Shown: in pieces, positions 30,458 to 39,416 of the stretch
How positions within the stretch are numbered: position 1 is the first letter of the stretch
Layout: every line of letters begins with the position of its first letter
Assembly (NCBI GenBank): GCA_965204745.1
Contig: OZ242010.1
Span: forward strand, 256,001 to 320,000
Origin: Candidatus Latescibacterota bacterium
GTDB taxonomy: Bacteria > Latescibacterota > UBA2968
Length of the DNA stretch: 64,000 bases
Reading direction: 5' to 3'
The notes under the pieces: model-generated
The model's input: only the letters and a program-made list of their open reading frames with translations
What the model was told of the DNA's origin: nothing
The model's database searches: none
Position numbers and translations under genes: made by a program

Positions 30458-31459
30458 GCTGTACTGCCGCTTGTAATATTCCCGATACCCCGCGCTGTTC
30501 CGAATTTTTCGCCACCAGTCTTCGTTGTTCAGATACCATTCCACGGTGAGGCGCAGGGCGTCTTCAAAATTGTACTTGGGCTTCCAACCCAGGGCCGCGA
30601 TTTTGGACGTATTCAGAGAATACCGCATGTCGTGGCCGGGGCGGTCGGTCACATGTTGGATGAGGTCTTGGGGCTTTTCTAGATACGCGAGAATTTTTTG
30701 CGCGACGGACAGGCCATCGGCTTCATTTTCCCCGCCCACATTATAGGCTTGGCCCGGCGTGCCCTCGTGAAGTGCCAGATCAATCGCCGCGCAGTGATCG
30801 GTCACGTACAGGTGATCTCGAACAGCCGTGCCCGCGCCGTACACGGGCAAGGGCATGTGGTCTAGGGCATTGGTGATGTAAATGGGCACGCGCTTTTCGG
30901 GATATTGAAATGGACCGATGTTATTCGCGGATCGCGTGATCACCACGGGCAGGCCGTACGTGATGGCAAATGCCCGCGCCATCATATCGCCGGACGCTTT
31001 TGCCACAGCGTAGGGATTGCGCGGCGCAATCGGGGCTTCTTCTGTCCATGGCTCCTCGCCTTCCGCCAACGCCCCATAGACCTCATCGGTGCTCACTTGC
31101 AAAAACCGCTCAACGCCACACGCACGCGCGGCGGCGAGCAGGGTGTACACCCCCAGCGCGTTGGTTTTCATAAACGCCTCGGCGCCCATAATGCTGCGAT
31201 CCACATGGCTTTCCGCCGCGAAATTCACCACGAGGTCAACCCGCTGCATCACCGCGTTCACCAACTCGGCATCGCAAATATCCCCATGCACAAATTCATA
31301 GCGGGGATCGTCCGCAATATCCAACACGTTGTCCAGATTGCCCGCGTACGTCAACTTGTCCAAATTGATGACGCGATAATCGCGGTACGCCTGGAGCATG
31401 TGCCGCGCAAAATGACTGCCAATAAACCCGGCACCACCGGTAATGAGAATGGTTTTCAT
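30440..31459 (-). CDS. rfbB: dTDP-glucose 4,6-dehydratase
   Basis: GGAGFIG, DKLTYAGN, AAESHVDRS, VSTDEVYG, YAVAK, DRPGHDMRY. Confidence 0.95.
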   Translation of the reverse strand: MKTILITGGAGFIGSHFARHMLQAYRDYRVINLDKLTYAGNLDNVLDIADDPRYEFVHGDICDAELVNAVMQRVDLVVNFAAESHVDRSIMGAEAFMKTNALGVYTLLAAARACGVERFLQVSTDEVYGALAEGEEPWTEEAPIAPRNPYAVAKASGDMMARAFAITYGLPVVITRSANNIGPFQYPEKRVPIYITNALDHMPLPVYGAGTAVRDHLYVTDHCAAIDLALHEGTPGQAYNVGGENEADGLSVAQKILAYLEKPQDLIQHVTDRPGHDMRYSLNTSKIAALGWKPKYNFEDALRLTVEWYLNNEDWWRKIRNSAGYREYYKRQYSGRGER

Positions 31460-31588
31460 GGTGACTCCCCCTAGTTGCCAAAAAGCGATTGTGGAATAAA
31501 ATCAACACGACCTAACTAGCTTCTCTATTTCATAAAACACCTTTTTGTGGTCGGGGTTCAATTTCTTTTTTCTGCCTTGACGTCGTTG

Positions 31589-32560
31589 CTACAAAAACAA
31601 GTGCGCGGTGAGGACGAGGTAAATGGCGTAGAGGGCGAGTAGGACAATGCCTTCGCCGCGGGACAGGTGATATCGCGTCCGCATGATCGCCAGCATGGTG
31701 ACGACGATGATCAGCATTGCGGGAAAGGAAAAGTGGATTACGCGCTCTGGCACAATCAGGGGATTCACCAGGGCAGACGCGCCAGCAATCCAGCAAATAT
31801 TCAAAATATCCGCGCCCAAGATATTGCCCACCATCAACTCGCCGTGGCCCTTGCGCGCAGACGTCACCGCAGTGGCGATTTCCGGCAGGGATGTGCCAAT
31901 GGCGACGACGGTCAGCGCGATCACCGCGTCGCTAATGCCCAAAAACTCGGCGATAGCAGACGCGGAATTGACGATAAAATGGCTCGTCACCAACACCCCG
32001 ACGAGGCCCAAGCAAAAATAGGCCATCAACCCGCCCAAGCTCTTGCCGGCAATGGCCTCCTGAATTTCCTCTAATTCCCCAAAATTCTCCGCGCCTTGCG
32101 AGTTCTTTCTCGTCGCGTAAGCAAACGCGGTATAGGCCACGAAGAGCACCACCAGCACGCCGCCTTCCAATCGCCCCAATGTGCCGTCAAACGCCATCGC
32201 ATACGCGACCACATCTACAATGATCAAAAAAATACCCGTCGTCTTCAACAAATACGGATTGATGCCAATGGCAGCGGGCGCGACCAATGCGCCTAGGCCC
32301 AGCGCGACCCCATCATCGACGATCACGGACCCCACCGCATTGCCCAGCGCGATTTCGGGTTTGCCCTCAAAGGCGGACATCACGGAAACCGCCAATTCGG
32401 GCGACGTCGTCGCCAAACTCATCAGCACGATGCCGATCAGCATCTTGGGCACGTTGAAATATTCGGCGATACCCACCGCGCCGTCGACGAACCAGTTTGC
32501 ACATTTTGCCAACACGGCAAAGCACAAAATCAAAATCCCTACATCAGCCCAAATACCCAC
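31589..32560 (-). CDS. Ca2+/Na+ antiporter (CaCA, YrbG-like)
   Basis: Two alpha repeats, ATTSPE..GNAVGS and GTSLPE..GNILGAD; GTG start with AGGAGG. Confidence 0.9.
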   Translation of the reverse strand: MGIWADVGILILCFAVLAKCANWFVDGAVGIAEYFNVPKMLIGIVLMSLATTSPELAVSVMSAFEGKPEIALGNAVGSVIVDDGVALGLGALVAPAAIGINPYLLKTTGIFLIIVDVVAYAMAFDGTLGRLEGGVLVVLFVAYTAFAYATRKNSQGAENFGELEEIQEAIAGKSLGGLMAYFCLGLVGVLVTSHFIVNSASAIAEFLGISDAVIALTVVAIGTSLPEIATAVTSARKGHGELMVGNILGADILNICWIAGASALVNPLIVPERVIHFSFPAMLIIVVTMLAIMRTRYHLSRGEGIVLLALYAIYLVLTAHLFL

Positions 32561-32695
32561 GATACCTCCTGTGTCGTTGTCAAGCCGCAACTCTGCTCAT
32601 CCACCCTGCCGCCCGTGCGTGCCCGTCCCATCACCGCCCTACCGCAAGCCCTATCCCCAAGTAAGAGGCAAGAAGTAAGATACTCTCTTAAAAGG

Positions 32696-33703
32696 TCAAG
32701 GGGTTTTCGGGGTGATTCGATAGAATTTCTCGCCCTCAAAATCTTGGTCATGCCGCAACATGCCCCAGATCGAATGGAGCAACTTTCGCATCACCGCAAC
32801 GATAGCCTGCAAAGGTTTCTTGCCCCTGGCGATGAGTTTGTCATAAAAGGCTTTGACATGGACTTCGTGCCTGCAGGCCACCCAAGCAGGCATGTAGAGG
32901 GCATGGCGGAGATATTTATTTCCGGTTTTCGAGATGCGTCTTTCCGGGTTGGCCATCCCGGATTGTTTGGGTTTGGGATCCAGGCCTGCATGAGCGACCC
33001 ATTGGGGCGGTTCCATCCCGTCTGGCAAGGAGGCCAGCTCGGCCAAGAGCCGCAAGGCACTCGTTTGGGCGATACCGGGCACCGAGCAGAGGTGCTGGTA
33101 GGCACGCTTTTGAGTCTCGTCCTGCAAAACGAGTTTGAGGGCTTGGTCTTCCAAGTAGGCAATGCGGCGTTTGAGGTGTCGAATATTCACCTGAATATCG
33201 CGTGTGATGAGGCGGGCACGCTTGACGGGGTAGTCCTGCGCGTGGTGCCGGTTCTGTTCTCGGCTGACCTCCTGTTTGAGTTGGTCAATGCGTCTGGTCA
33301 GCGTTTGCAGTTGCAGGACGTGCTCGCTCGGCACTTGCCAAGGCACAAAGGGCATGCGCTCGGCATCATCGAGGATCAACAACGCATCCTTCGCATCTGT
33401 CTTTGCCCGTTGCATGCAGGCTTGAGCGTACTTGCTCATCGCTTTGGGATTGACGACCATGACCTGCGTGCAGCGATGCTGATGCAAGGCCAAGGCCACC
33501 CCCAAGCTATAACGCCCGGTCGCTTCGAGACAGACCGAGACCATGCGCCCGCCCTTGGTGAGCCACTTCAACAGGTGCTTGTGCGCCCGAGGCGCGTTGT
33601 CAAAGGTGGCTTGCATGACCCCTTGTCCGGGTCTGGACAGGGCAACGGACAACGTGTGGGCACTGACATCAATGCCGGCAAAAGCGGGTTGAGTGTTCGA
33701 CAT
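32696..33703 (-). CDS. IS110 recombinase/transposase, diverged paralogue of copy 1
   Basis: 335 aa, same DEDD and QSG motifs. Confidence 0.96.
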   Translation of the reverse strand: MSNTQPAFAGIDVSAHTLSVALSRPGQGVMQATFDNAPRAHKHLLKWLTKGGRMVSVCLEATGRYSLGVALALHQHRCTQVMVVNPKAMSKYAQACMQRAKTDAKDALLILDDAERMPFVPWQVPSEHVLQLQTLTRRIDQLKQEVSREQNRHHAQDYPVKRARLITRDIQVNIRHLKRRIAYLEDQALKLVLQDETQKRAYQHLCSVPGIAQTSALRLLAELASLPDGMEPPQWVAHAGLDPKPKQSGMANPERRISKTGNKYLRHALYMPAWVACRHEVHVKAFYDKLIARGKKPLQAIVAVMRKLLHSIWGMLRHDQDFEGEKFYRITPKTP

Positions 33704-33771
33704 CGGGGCCTCCTGTGATGAGGGGTGGGGAAGGGGTCTGGTGTGCGCTCGGGTTCGCGTCCCGACTGTTT

Positions 33772-33904
33772 GCCCAGTCTACCGGTCTTGTATATGCAGC
33801 CTCAATGGACTTAGATACTCTTCGGTATCAACTCGGCGGTCGGGGGGCCTATCTTACTTACAAGGTCATAGCCTTCAAGAGGCGCCGGCCTTCCCCGAGC
33901 AGGG
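33772..33904 (-). ncRNA. IS110 bridge RNA, copy 2; ends approximate
   Basis: LTG CGCCTCT 33884-78, RTG AAGTAAG 33859-53, LDG AGAGTATCT 33821-13, RDG ATACAAG 33793-87. Confidence 0.85.
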
Positions 33905-34048
33905 CATCAAGATGGCGTGTCTCGATGCGAGGGCGCAACACCTAAATTAACCCTTTCTGACAACATACAAGAGGCGAGACCGGCCCACAACCCTACCTCC
34001 GCTTCATCGTTCCCCTGCGCTGTGTCCTCTGCACGCCCTGCCGCCATA

Positions 34049-34455
34049 GCCCTATCCCCCCGGCCCCGTTATTCGCTTCGCTCATTGTAGGCTACGCCTG
34101 TGCCTACAAGGAAAGGGGGAGCGCATGGCTTTCTTAAAGGTTTGTATCCCTGGCTGTTCTGATGGCTTTGAGCGAATGGATCATGCCATGAACCCCAAAA
34201 ACCTCTCATGCAAATCCCTCGCAAAACCTCTCGCTATTCCCCCCTTCCTCGCAAGACCTATCCCCCCGGCCCCCTTTCCTACAAGGAAAGGGGGAGCGCA
34301 TGGCTTTCTTAAAGGTTTGTATCCCTGGCTGTTCTGATGGCTTTGAGCGAATGGATCATGCCATGAACCCCAAAAACCTCTCATGCAAATCCCTCGCAAA
34401 ACCTCTCGCTATTCCCCCCTTCCTCGCAGGAAGGGGGGCTAGGGGGGTAGGTCCC
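34049..34455 (+). repeat. Tandem pair of ~200-bp palindromic MITE-like repeats (copies C and D)
   Basis: Interior 34103-34252 repeated at 34278-34427; copy D has ends GACCTATCCCCCCGGCCCCC / GGGGGCTAGGGGGGTAGGTC. Confidence 0.9.
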
Positions 34456-34464
34456 AATTCCGCC

Positions 34465-36768
34465 CTATTCATTCACAATTCGCGCGACCCAGATGCTGGC
34501 TTCGTATAAAACGACGAGGGGCAGGGCCATGAGAAGTTGGGACAGGGGATCGGGGGGGGTCAAAATGGCGGCGAGGACGAAGCCGATCAAAATCGCGTAC
34601 CGCCGTCCGGTTCGCATGCGGGAACTGGTGGCAATGCCCACCTTTGCCAAGAAGAATGTCACCACCGGCAATTCGAACACCAGCCCAAAAACCACGATGA
34701 GGCGCAACACGAAGCCGATGTACATGCCGATGTCGAATTGCGGCATCACGGCCGTATCAACCGTCATGCCCACGAAAAACGCGATGGCCAACGGGATGAC
34801 CAGCCAGTACGCCAAAACCGCACCCACGGCAAAACAAGCGGTGGAAGACGCGATCACAAAGGTGATGAACCGCCGCTCGCCTGCAAACAGGCCGGGGGAG
34901 ACGAAGATCCAGATTTGGTACATCAAAAAGGGCAGGGCGATAATCGCGCCGCCCACCAGCACGATTTCCAACTTGACCATGAACATGCCCATGGGCTTGA
35001 GGGTTTGCAACACGAGCGCGTTTTCCTCGGTTCGCGCCGGGTGGATCAGCAAGGCTAAGATGTCATTGACGAAAATCCCGCACGCGACCGCGCCTGCGAT
35101 AATCGCGCTCAACCCCTTGAGAATGCGCCACCGCAGTTCCTCCAAGTGATCGAGAAAGGGCATGGGCTTGCCGTCCTCTGGCAATTCCCGATCCGGCGGC
35201 GCTAGCGCGGGCACCGTGCCCTTGGGCCGCGCGCGCTCTTCGGCGGCTTTGTCGCGGCGGCGGATGAACGCGAGTGCCAAGCCCATCAGCGCGATCAGGC
35301 CGCACCCTTGTGCGAACAAATCCCCGAACCGCACATAGAGCGTCAGATCCTTGCGCGGCGCGATGGCGCGTTCTAAAACCGCCGTGTGAAACAGCCCGGT
35401 GTTTTGCCATTGCCGCCCGTGCGGATCGACGAATAAGGACATCCCGGTATTGGCACAGCGCACCACCCAACGCCGGTTTTCAATGGCCCTGAAGGTCGCT
35501 ATCGCCGCGTGTTGATACGGCGCGGAGGTGCGCTTGTACCACCCGTCATTGGTAATCACCACCAAGAACTCCGCGCCGTGCATCACCAGTTCTCGGGCGA
35601 GCCAAGGGAACGCGGAATCAAAGCAAATTACGCCGGAGAACCTTCCCCCCGGCACTGTGAAAACCGTGCGGTCAACCCCGCCTTCAAAATCCCCGCTGAC
35701 GTATCCCCCGCCGCTCCATCGAATATCGCGCAAGAACCCGAGCACCTCGGGAAATGGCGCGCGCTCTCCAAACGGCACGACCTTCACCTTGTCGTAATGC
35801 GGCAACTCGCCCCCACCCGGTTTGAACAAAAAGGACGAATTGTAATGCCGGTCTCGCGTTGCGGCTTCGTACCGGTTGGCCCCTGTGTACAGATAAATCC
35901 CCAGGGAATCGACCAATGCCTGCACGCGCGCTTGGTACGTAGCGTCGTGCCAGGGCCGATCGCTTTGCAAGTACGCGGGCACCGCGGCCTCTGACCACAC
36001 GATCAACCGCGCCCCTGTTTTTGCCGCGTCGATGGTCAGGGGTTTGAGCGCGTCAAAATTGTGGTCGAATCCCCAGTGCGATTTCTCGACCGGCGAGACA
36101 TTTTGTTGTACGATAGCGACGTTGAGATCGCCTTCTGCGAGGGGTTCTGATGCGCGCCACAAGCCGAATCCCAAAGGCGCTGCGAATGCCGAGACGAGCA
36201 CCCCGATCATGGGGCCGCGCCGCGCATTTCGGATGATCTCGTACGCGATGAGATTGACCACCACCACCCAAAACGACACGCCATAGACGCCCGTGACTTC
36301 GGCAATTTGGATCAGCGGCAAATAATCCACTTGGGAATGCCCGAGCACCATCCACGGAAACCCCATATCGCCGAGGGTGTTGAAATACTCAAACCCCACC
36401 CACGCGAAGGGCGTTAGCCACAGCCCCAGCCAGCCATAGCGCGCCCACATAGCGGACCACAAATAGACGAACAACCCCCTAAAAACCGCCATGTAAAAAA
36501 TGGCCCCGGCCATCCCCGGCGGCGTGATCCACGCGATCCAATAGATGGTCGCGCTGTAAAAGATGATGCCCTGCAAAAACCCCGCGCCAAATGCCACGCG
36601 GCCGCGCAGGTTCTCGGCAACCGGAATGAGGGGCAACAAACTGATGCACGCCAGAAACCCGAGTGGCAAGGGCGGAAATGCCGCGGCCATCAGCACGCCG
36701 GATAAGATGGGATAGCCGAGGGCCAACCTCCAACGCGATGTTTTGTCCTGTTTTGTTTTGTCTGCCAT
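34465..36768 (-). CDS. Fusion of apolipoprotein N-acyltransferase (Lnt) and Tat translocase subunit TatC
   Basis: Lnt: GFPW, WSEAA, YDK..VPFGE, ICFD, TNDGW, FRAIENRR, NTG.S; TatC from 35163: MPFLDHLEELR, YQIWIFVSPGL, FELP, LTPPD, LYE; one uninterrupted ORF. Confidence 0.9.
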   Translation of the reverse strand: MADKTKQDKTSRWRLALGYPILSGVLMAAAFPPLPLGFLACISLLPLIPVAENLRGRVAFGAGFLQGIIFYSATIYWIAWITPPGMAGAIFYMAVFRGLFVYLWSAMWARYGWLGLWLTPFAWVGFEYFNTLGDMGFPWMVLGHSQVDYLPLIQIAEVTGVYGVSFWVVVVNLIAYEIIRNARRGPMIGVLVSAFAAPLGFGLWRASEPLAEGDLNVAIVQQNVSPVEKSHWGFDHNFDALKPLTIDAAKTGARLIVWSEAAVPAYLQSDRPWHDATYQARVQALVDSLGIYLYTGANRYEAATRDRHYNSSFLFKPGGGELPHYDKVKVVPFGERAPFPEVLGFLRDIRWSGGGYVSGDFEGGVDRTVFTVPGGRFSGVICFDSAFPWLARELVMHGAEFLVVITNDGWYKRTSAPYQHAAIATFRAIENRRWVVRCANTGMSLFVDPHGRQWQNTGLFHTAVLERAIAPRKDLTLYVRFGDLFAQGCGLIALMGLALAFIRRRDKAAEERARPKGTVPALAPPDRELPEDGKPMPFLDHLEELRWRILKGLSAIIAGAVACGIFVNDILALLIHPARTEENALVLQTLKPMGMFMVKLEIVLVGGAIIALPFLMYQIWIFVSPGLFAGERRFITFVIASSTACFAVGAVLAYWLVIPLAIAFFVGMTVDTAVMPQFDIGMYIGFVLRLIVVFGLVFELPVVTFFLAKVGIATSSRMRTGRRYAILIGFVLAAILTPPDPLSQLLMALPLVVLYEASIWVARIVNE

Positions 36769-36871
36769 TACGGTAGGGGGAAGTCAGATAAATCTGTATT
36801 GCGAAAAGTACGAAGATTGCAGAATATAAATGAGGGTCAAATTTCTGTCAGCAAAAAAAGGGGTATCGCCC

Positions 36872-38044
36872 ATGTTGCCCGATCTCCGTTTTGAACTTCG
36901 CGCCTTGCACGCGCAAAATCTCTACCGCACCGTGCGCCGCGTGGAATCTTGCCAAGAACCCCGCATTCGCATGGACGGCCGGGAACTCGTGCTCTTTTGC
37001 ACAAACAACTATTTGGGCCTGGCCAACCATCCGGCCCTCAAACGCGCGGCCATTGACGCGGTCGCGGCGTACGGCAACAGCACCGCGGCGTCCGCGTTGA
37101 TTTCTGGCTATATGACCCCACACGCCGAACTCGAAGACCGCATGGCTCGGTTTTTGGGCACAGAAGCCGCGATTGCATTTCCCACGGGGTACACGGCCAA
37201 CCTAGGGGTTATTCCCGCGCTGATCGACCGCGACGACATCATCTTCAGCGACCGCTTGAACCACCGCAGCATCATCGACGGTTGCCGCTTGTCGCGCGCG
37301 CGCATCGCGGTCTATGACCATAGCGACATCGCCCACCTCGAATCCCTGCTCAAAACCGCGACCACCTATCGCCGCCGCCTCATCGTCACGGATGGGGTCT
37401 TTTCAATGGATGGGGACATCGCCCCCTTGCCGGAACTCGTCTCCCTCGCCGAACGCTATCGCGCCATCTTGATGGTGGATGATGCCCACGCGACCGGCGC
37501 GCTCGGCCCGCATGGCCGCGGCACCTTTGACCACTTTGGCCTGTCGCCCGCCGCGATTGACATTCACATGACCTCGGGTAGCAAGGCCCTGGGCGCGTCT
37601 GGGGGATTTATCTGCGGCAGCGAGGAGCTCATCGACCTGATTCGCAACCGATCCGCGGCCTATATTTACACGACCGCGATGCCGCCCGACGCCTGTGCCG
37701 CCACCACGGCCGCGCTCGACCTCATCCAACGCGATGCCAGTTCGCGCCACCGGCTTTGGCACAACGCACAACGCATCCGCGCCCGGTTGCAAGCGATGGG
37801 CTTTGACCTCGCGCCCTCGCAAACGCAGATCATGCCCTTGCACATCGGCGACGCGCAACAGACCGTTGCGATTTCCGAGTACCTGTACGCGCGCGGCATC
37901 TACCTCTACGGCATCCGCCCGCCCACCGTGCCCGAGGGCCAAAGCCGCCTGCGCCTCTCGGTGATGGCAACGCATACCGAAGACGACATGGCGCAGTTGT
38001 TCGACGCGCTGGCCGCGGCGCGCCGGGCGTTTTTTGTTCCATAA
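36872..38044 (+). CDS. bioF: 8-amino-7-oxononanoate synthase
   Basis: NNYLGLA, DRLNHRS, DGVFSMDGD, DDAHA, SKALG, IRPPTVP. Confidence 0.88.
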   Translation: MLPDLRFELRALHAQNLYRTVRRVESCQEPRIRMDGRELVLFCTNNYLGLANHPALKRAAIDAVAAYGNSTAASALISGYMTPHAELEDRMARFLGTEAAIAFPTGYTANLGVIPALIDRDDIIFSDRLNHRSIIDGCRLSRARIAVYDHSDIAHLESLLKTATTYRRRLIVTDGVFSMDGDIAPLPELVSLAERYRAILMVDDAHATGALGPHGRGTFDHFGLSPAAIDIHMTSGSKALGASGGFICGSEELIDLIRNRSAAYIYTTAMPPDACAATTAALDLIQRDASSRHRLWHNAQRIRARLQAMGFDLAPSQTQIMPLHIGDAQQTVAISEYLYARGIYLYGIRPPTVPEGQSRLRLSVMATHTEDDMAQLFDALAAARRAFFVP

Positions 38045-38059
38045 TGAGAGGCGGTCATC

Positions 38060-38812
38060 GTGATCATGTCCAATACGCTCGACCACATCCGCATCGTCTT
38101 GGTCGAGCCCAAAGAACCCGGCAACATCGGCGCGGTGGCGCGGGCCATGAAAAATACGGGCCTGTCGCGCCTGTACCTCGTCAACCCGGCCGACCATACC
38201 AGCGGCGCGGCACGCGCCATGGCCCACGGCTCTGGCGATATCCTCTACGGCGCCACCGTCGTCTCCTGCCTGTCCGCCGCGCTGGAAGACGTGTCGCTCG
38301 CCGTGGGCACGTCCCATCGCAAACGCCGCGAATTTGACATCGTACACCCGCCGCAAATCGCTGTGGAAAAACTCTTGTCCCTGCCCGAAAATCACCTGGG
38401 CGCGCTCGTTTTTGGCCGGGAGGAAAACGGCTTGACCAATGACGAAATCCAGTTGTGCCAGATGATCTCGCGCATTCCCTCGGCCGTGCGCTATCCGTCC
38501 CTCAACCTATCTCAAGCCACCCTGATCTACGGGTACGAACTCTTTTGCGCGGCCCATTCCGAAACGCCCTACAAACCCGCCGCTTCGGATTTGGCGACCC
38601 ACCGCGAACTCGAATCCATGTACGACCACATGCAATCCGCGCTGGATAAACTCGGCTTTGTCTCGCGCCACCGCCCGCAGACCTTCATCCGCTCCATCCG
38701 CCGAATTTTCAACCGCATCGACATGGAACACCGAGACGTGGCGACCGTCCATCGCCTCTTTCGCCAGATAGACCGCTTCGTCGCCCGGCATGGGTTGGAT
38801 GAGGAGCAGTAG
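38060..38812 (+). CDS. trmJ: TrmJ/LasT SPOUT RNA methyltransferase
   Basis: PGNIGAVARAM, VFGREENGLTN, SLNLSQA. Confidence 0.88.
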   Translation: MIMSNTLDHIRIVLVEPKEPGNIGAVARAMKNTGLSRLYLVNPADHTSGAARAMAHGSGDILYGATVVSCLSAALEDVSLAVGTSHRKRREFDIVHPPQIAVEKLLSLPENHLGALVFGREENGLTNDEIQLCQMISRIPSAVRYPSLNLSQATLIYGYELFCAAHSETPYKPAASDLATHRELESMYDHMQSALDKLGFVSRHRPQTFIRSIRRIFNRIDMEHRDVATVHRLFRQIDRFVARHGLDEEQ

Positions 38813-38893
38813 TCAGTAGTCAGTAGTCAGTAGTCAGTAGTCAGTAGTCAGTAGTCAGTAGTCAGTAGTCAGTAGTCAGTGGTCAGTGGTCAG
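38807..38893. repeat. Heptamer repeat (CAGTAGT)x10 + (CAGTGGT)x2; contains the trmJ stop
   Basis: Direct reading. Confidence 0.95.
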
Positions 38894-39006
38894 GTCGTGT
38901 TGACATTTGCGAGCCATGCAACTGGCTTGAGTGGTTTATCAAGAAAATCAAGCCCTATCGCAGGATATGCTCTCGGTTTGAGAAACTGGGACAGTCGTTC
39001 CTTATC

Positions 39007-39228
39007 GGGACCTACCCCCCTAGCCCCCCTTCCTTAGAGGAAGGGGGAACGAGGATCGGTTTTGCGAGGGGATGAGGTGAGGGATTTTTAATCGCTTTAT
39101 GCCCTCGCGCAACGCCATCAGAGCAACCAGAGCTCTAAGCCATCAAAGGCGCTTTACTCCCCTTTCCTTGTAGGCACAGGCGTAGCCTACAATGAGCGAA
39201 GCGAATAACGGGGCCGGGGGATAGGTCC
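39007..39228 (-). repeat. ~220-bp palindromic MITE-like repeat, copy E (diverged interior)
   Basis: Terminal inverted repeats GGGACCTA.../...TAGGTCCC. Confidence 0.8.
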
Positions 39229-39416
39229 CCTCGCGCTCGCAATTTTGCAACGGGCATTTTAGAAGCGGTTTTAATTTTTTGGGACATATCCCCCTATCCT
39301 ACGCGGATGGGGGGAATTTGTTTTTCGCGTTGTGGATTGTCGATGTTTTGCTTGCCCCCGAGCGATCTGCGTAGTACGTTACGCGGAACCGTATCGACCC
39401 ATTGAAGGAGTTGGCT

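Larger units (their letters stand above)
32678..33971 (-). mobile_element. IS110 family element (IS621-like), copy 2
   Basis: CT cores (minus strand) at 33970-71 and 32678-79; same donor AGAGTAT-CT-TGTAT. Confidence 0.92.

Noticed and set aside
29366-33718. Long antisense ORFs opposite both IS110 transposases (314 and 367 aa)
   Set aside because: Shadow frames with no recognisable motifs
34125-34509. Small ORFs MAFLKVCIPG...
   Set aside because: Lie within the repeated element and are not preserved as ORFs in all copies
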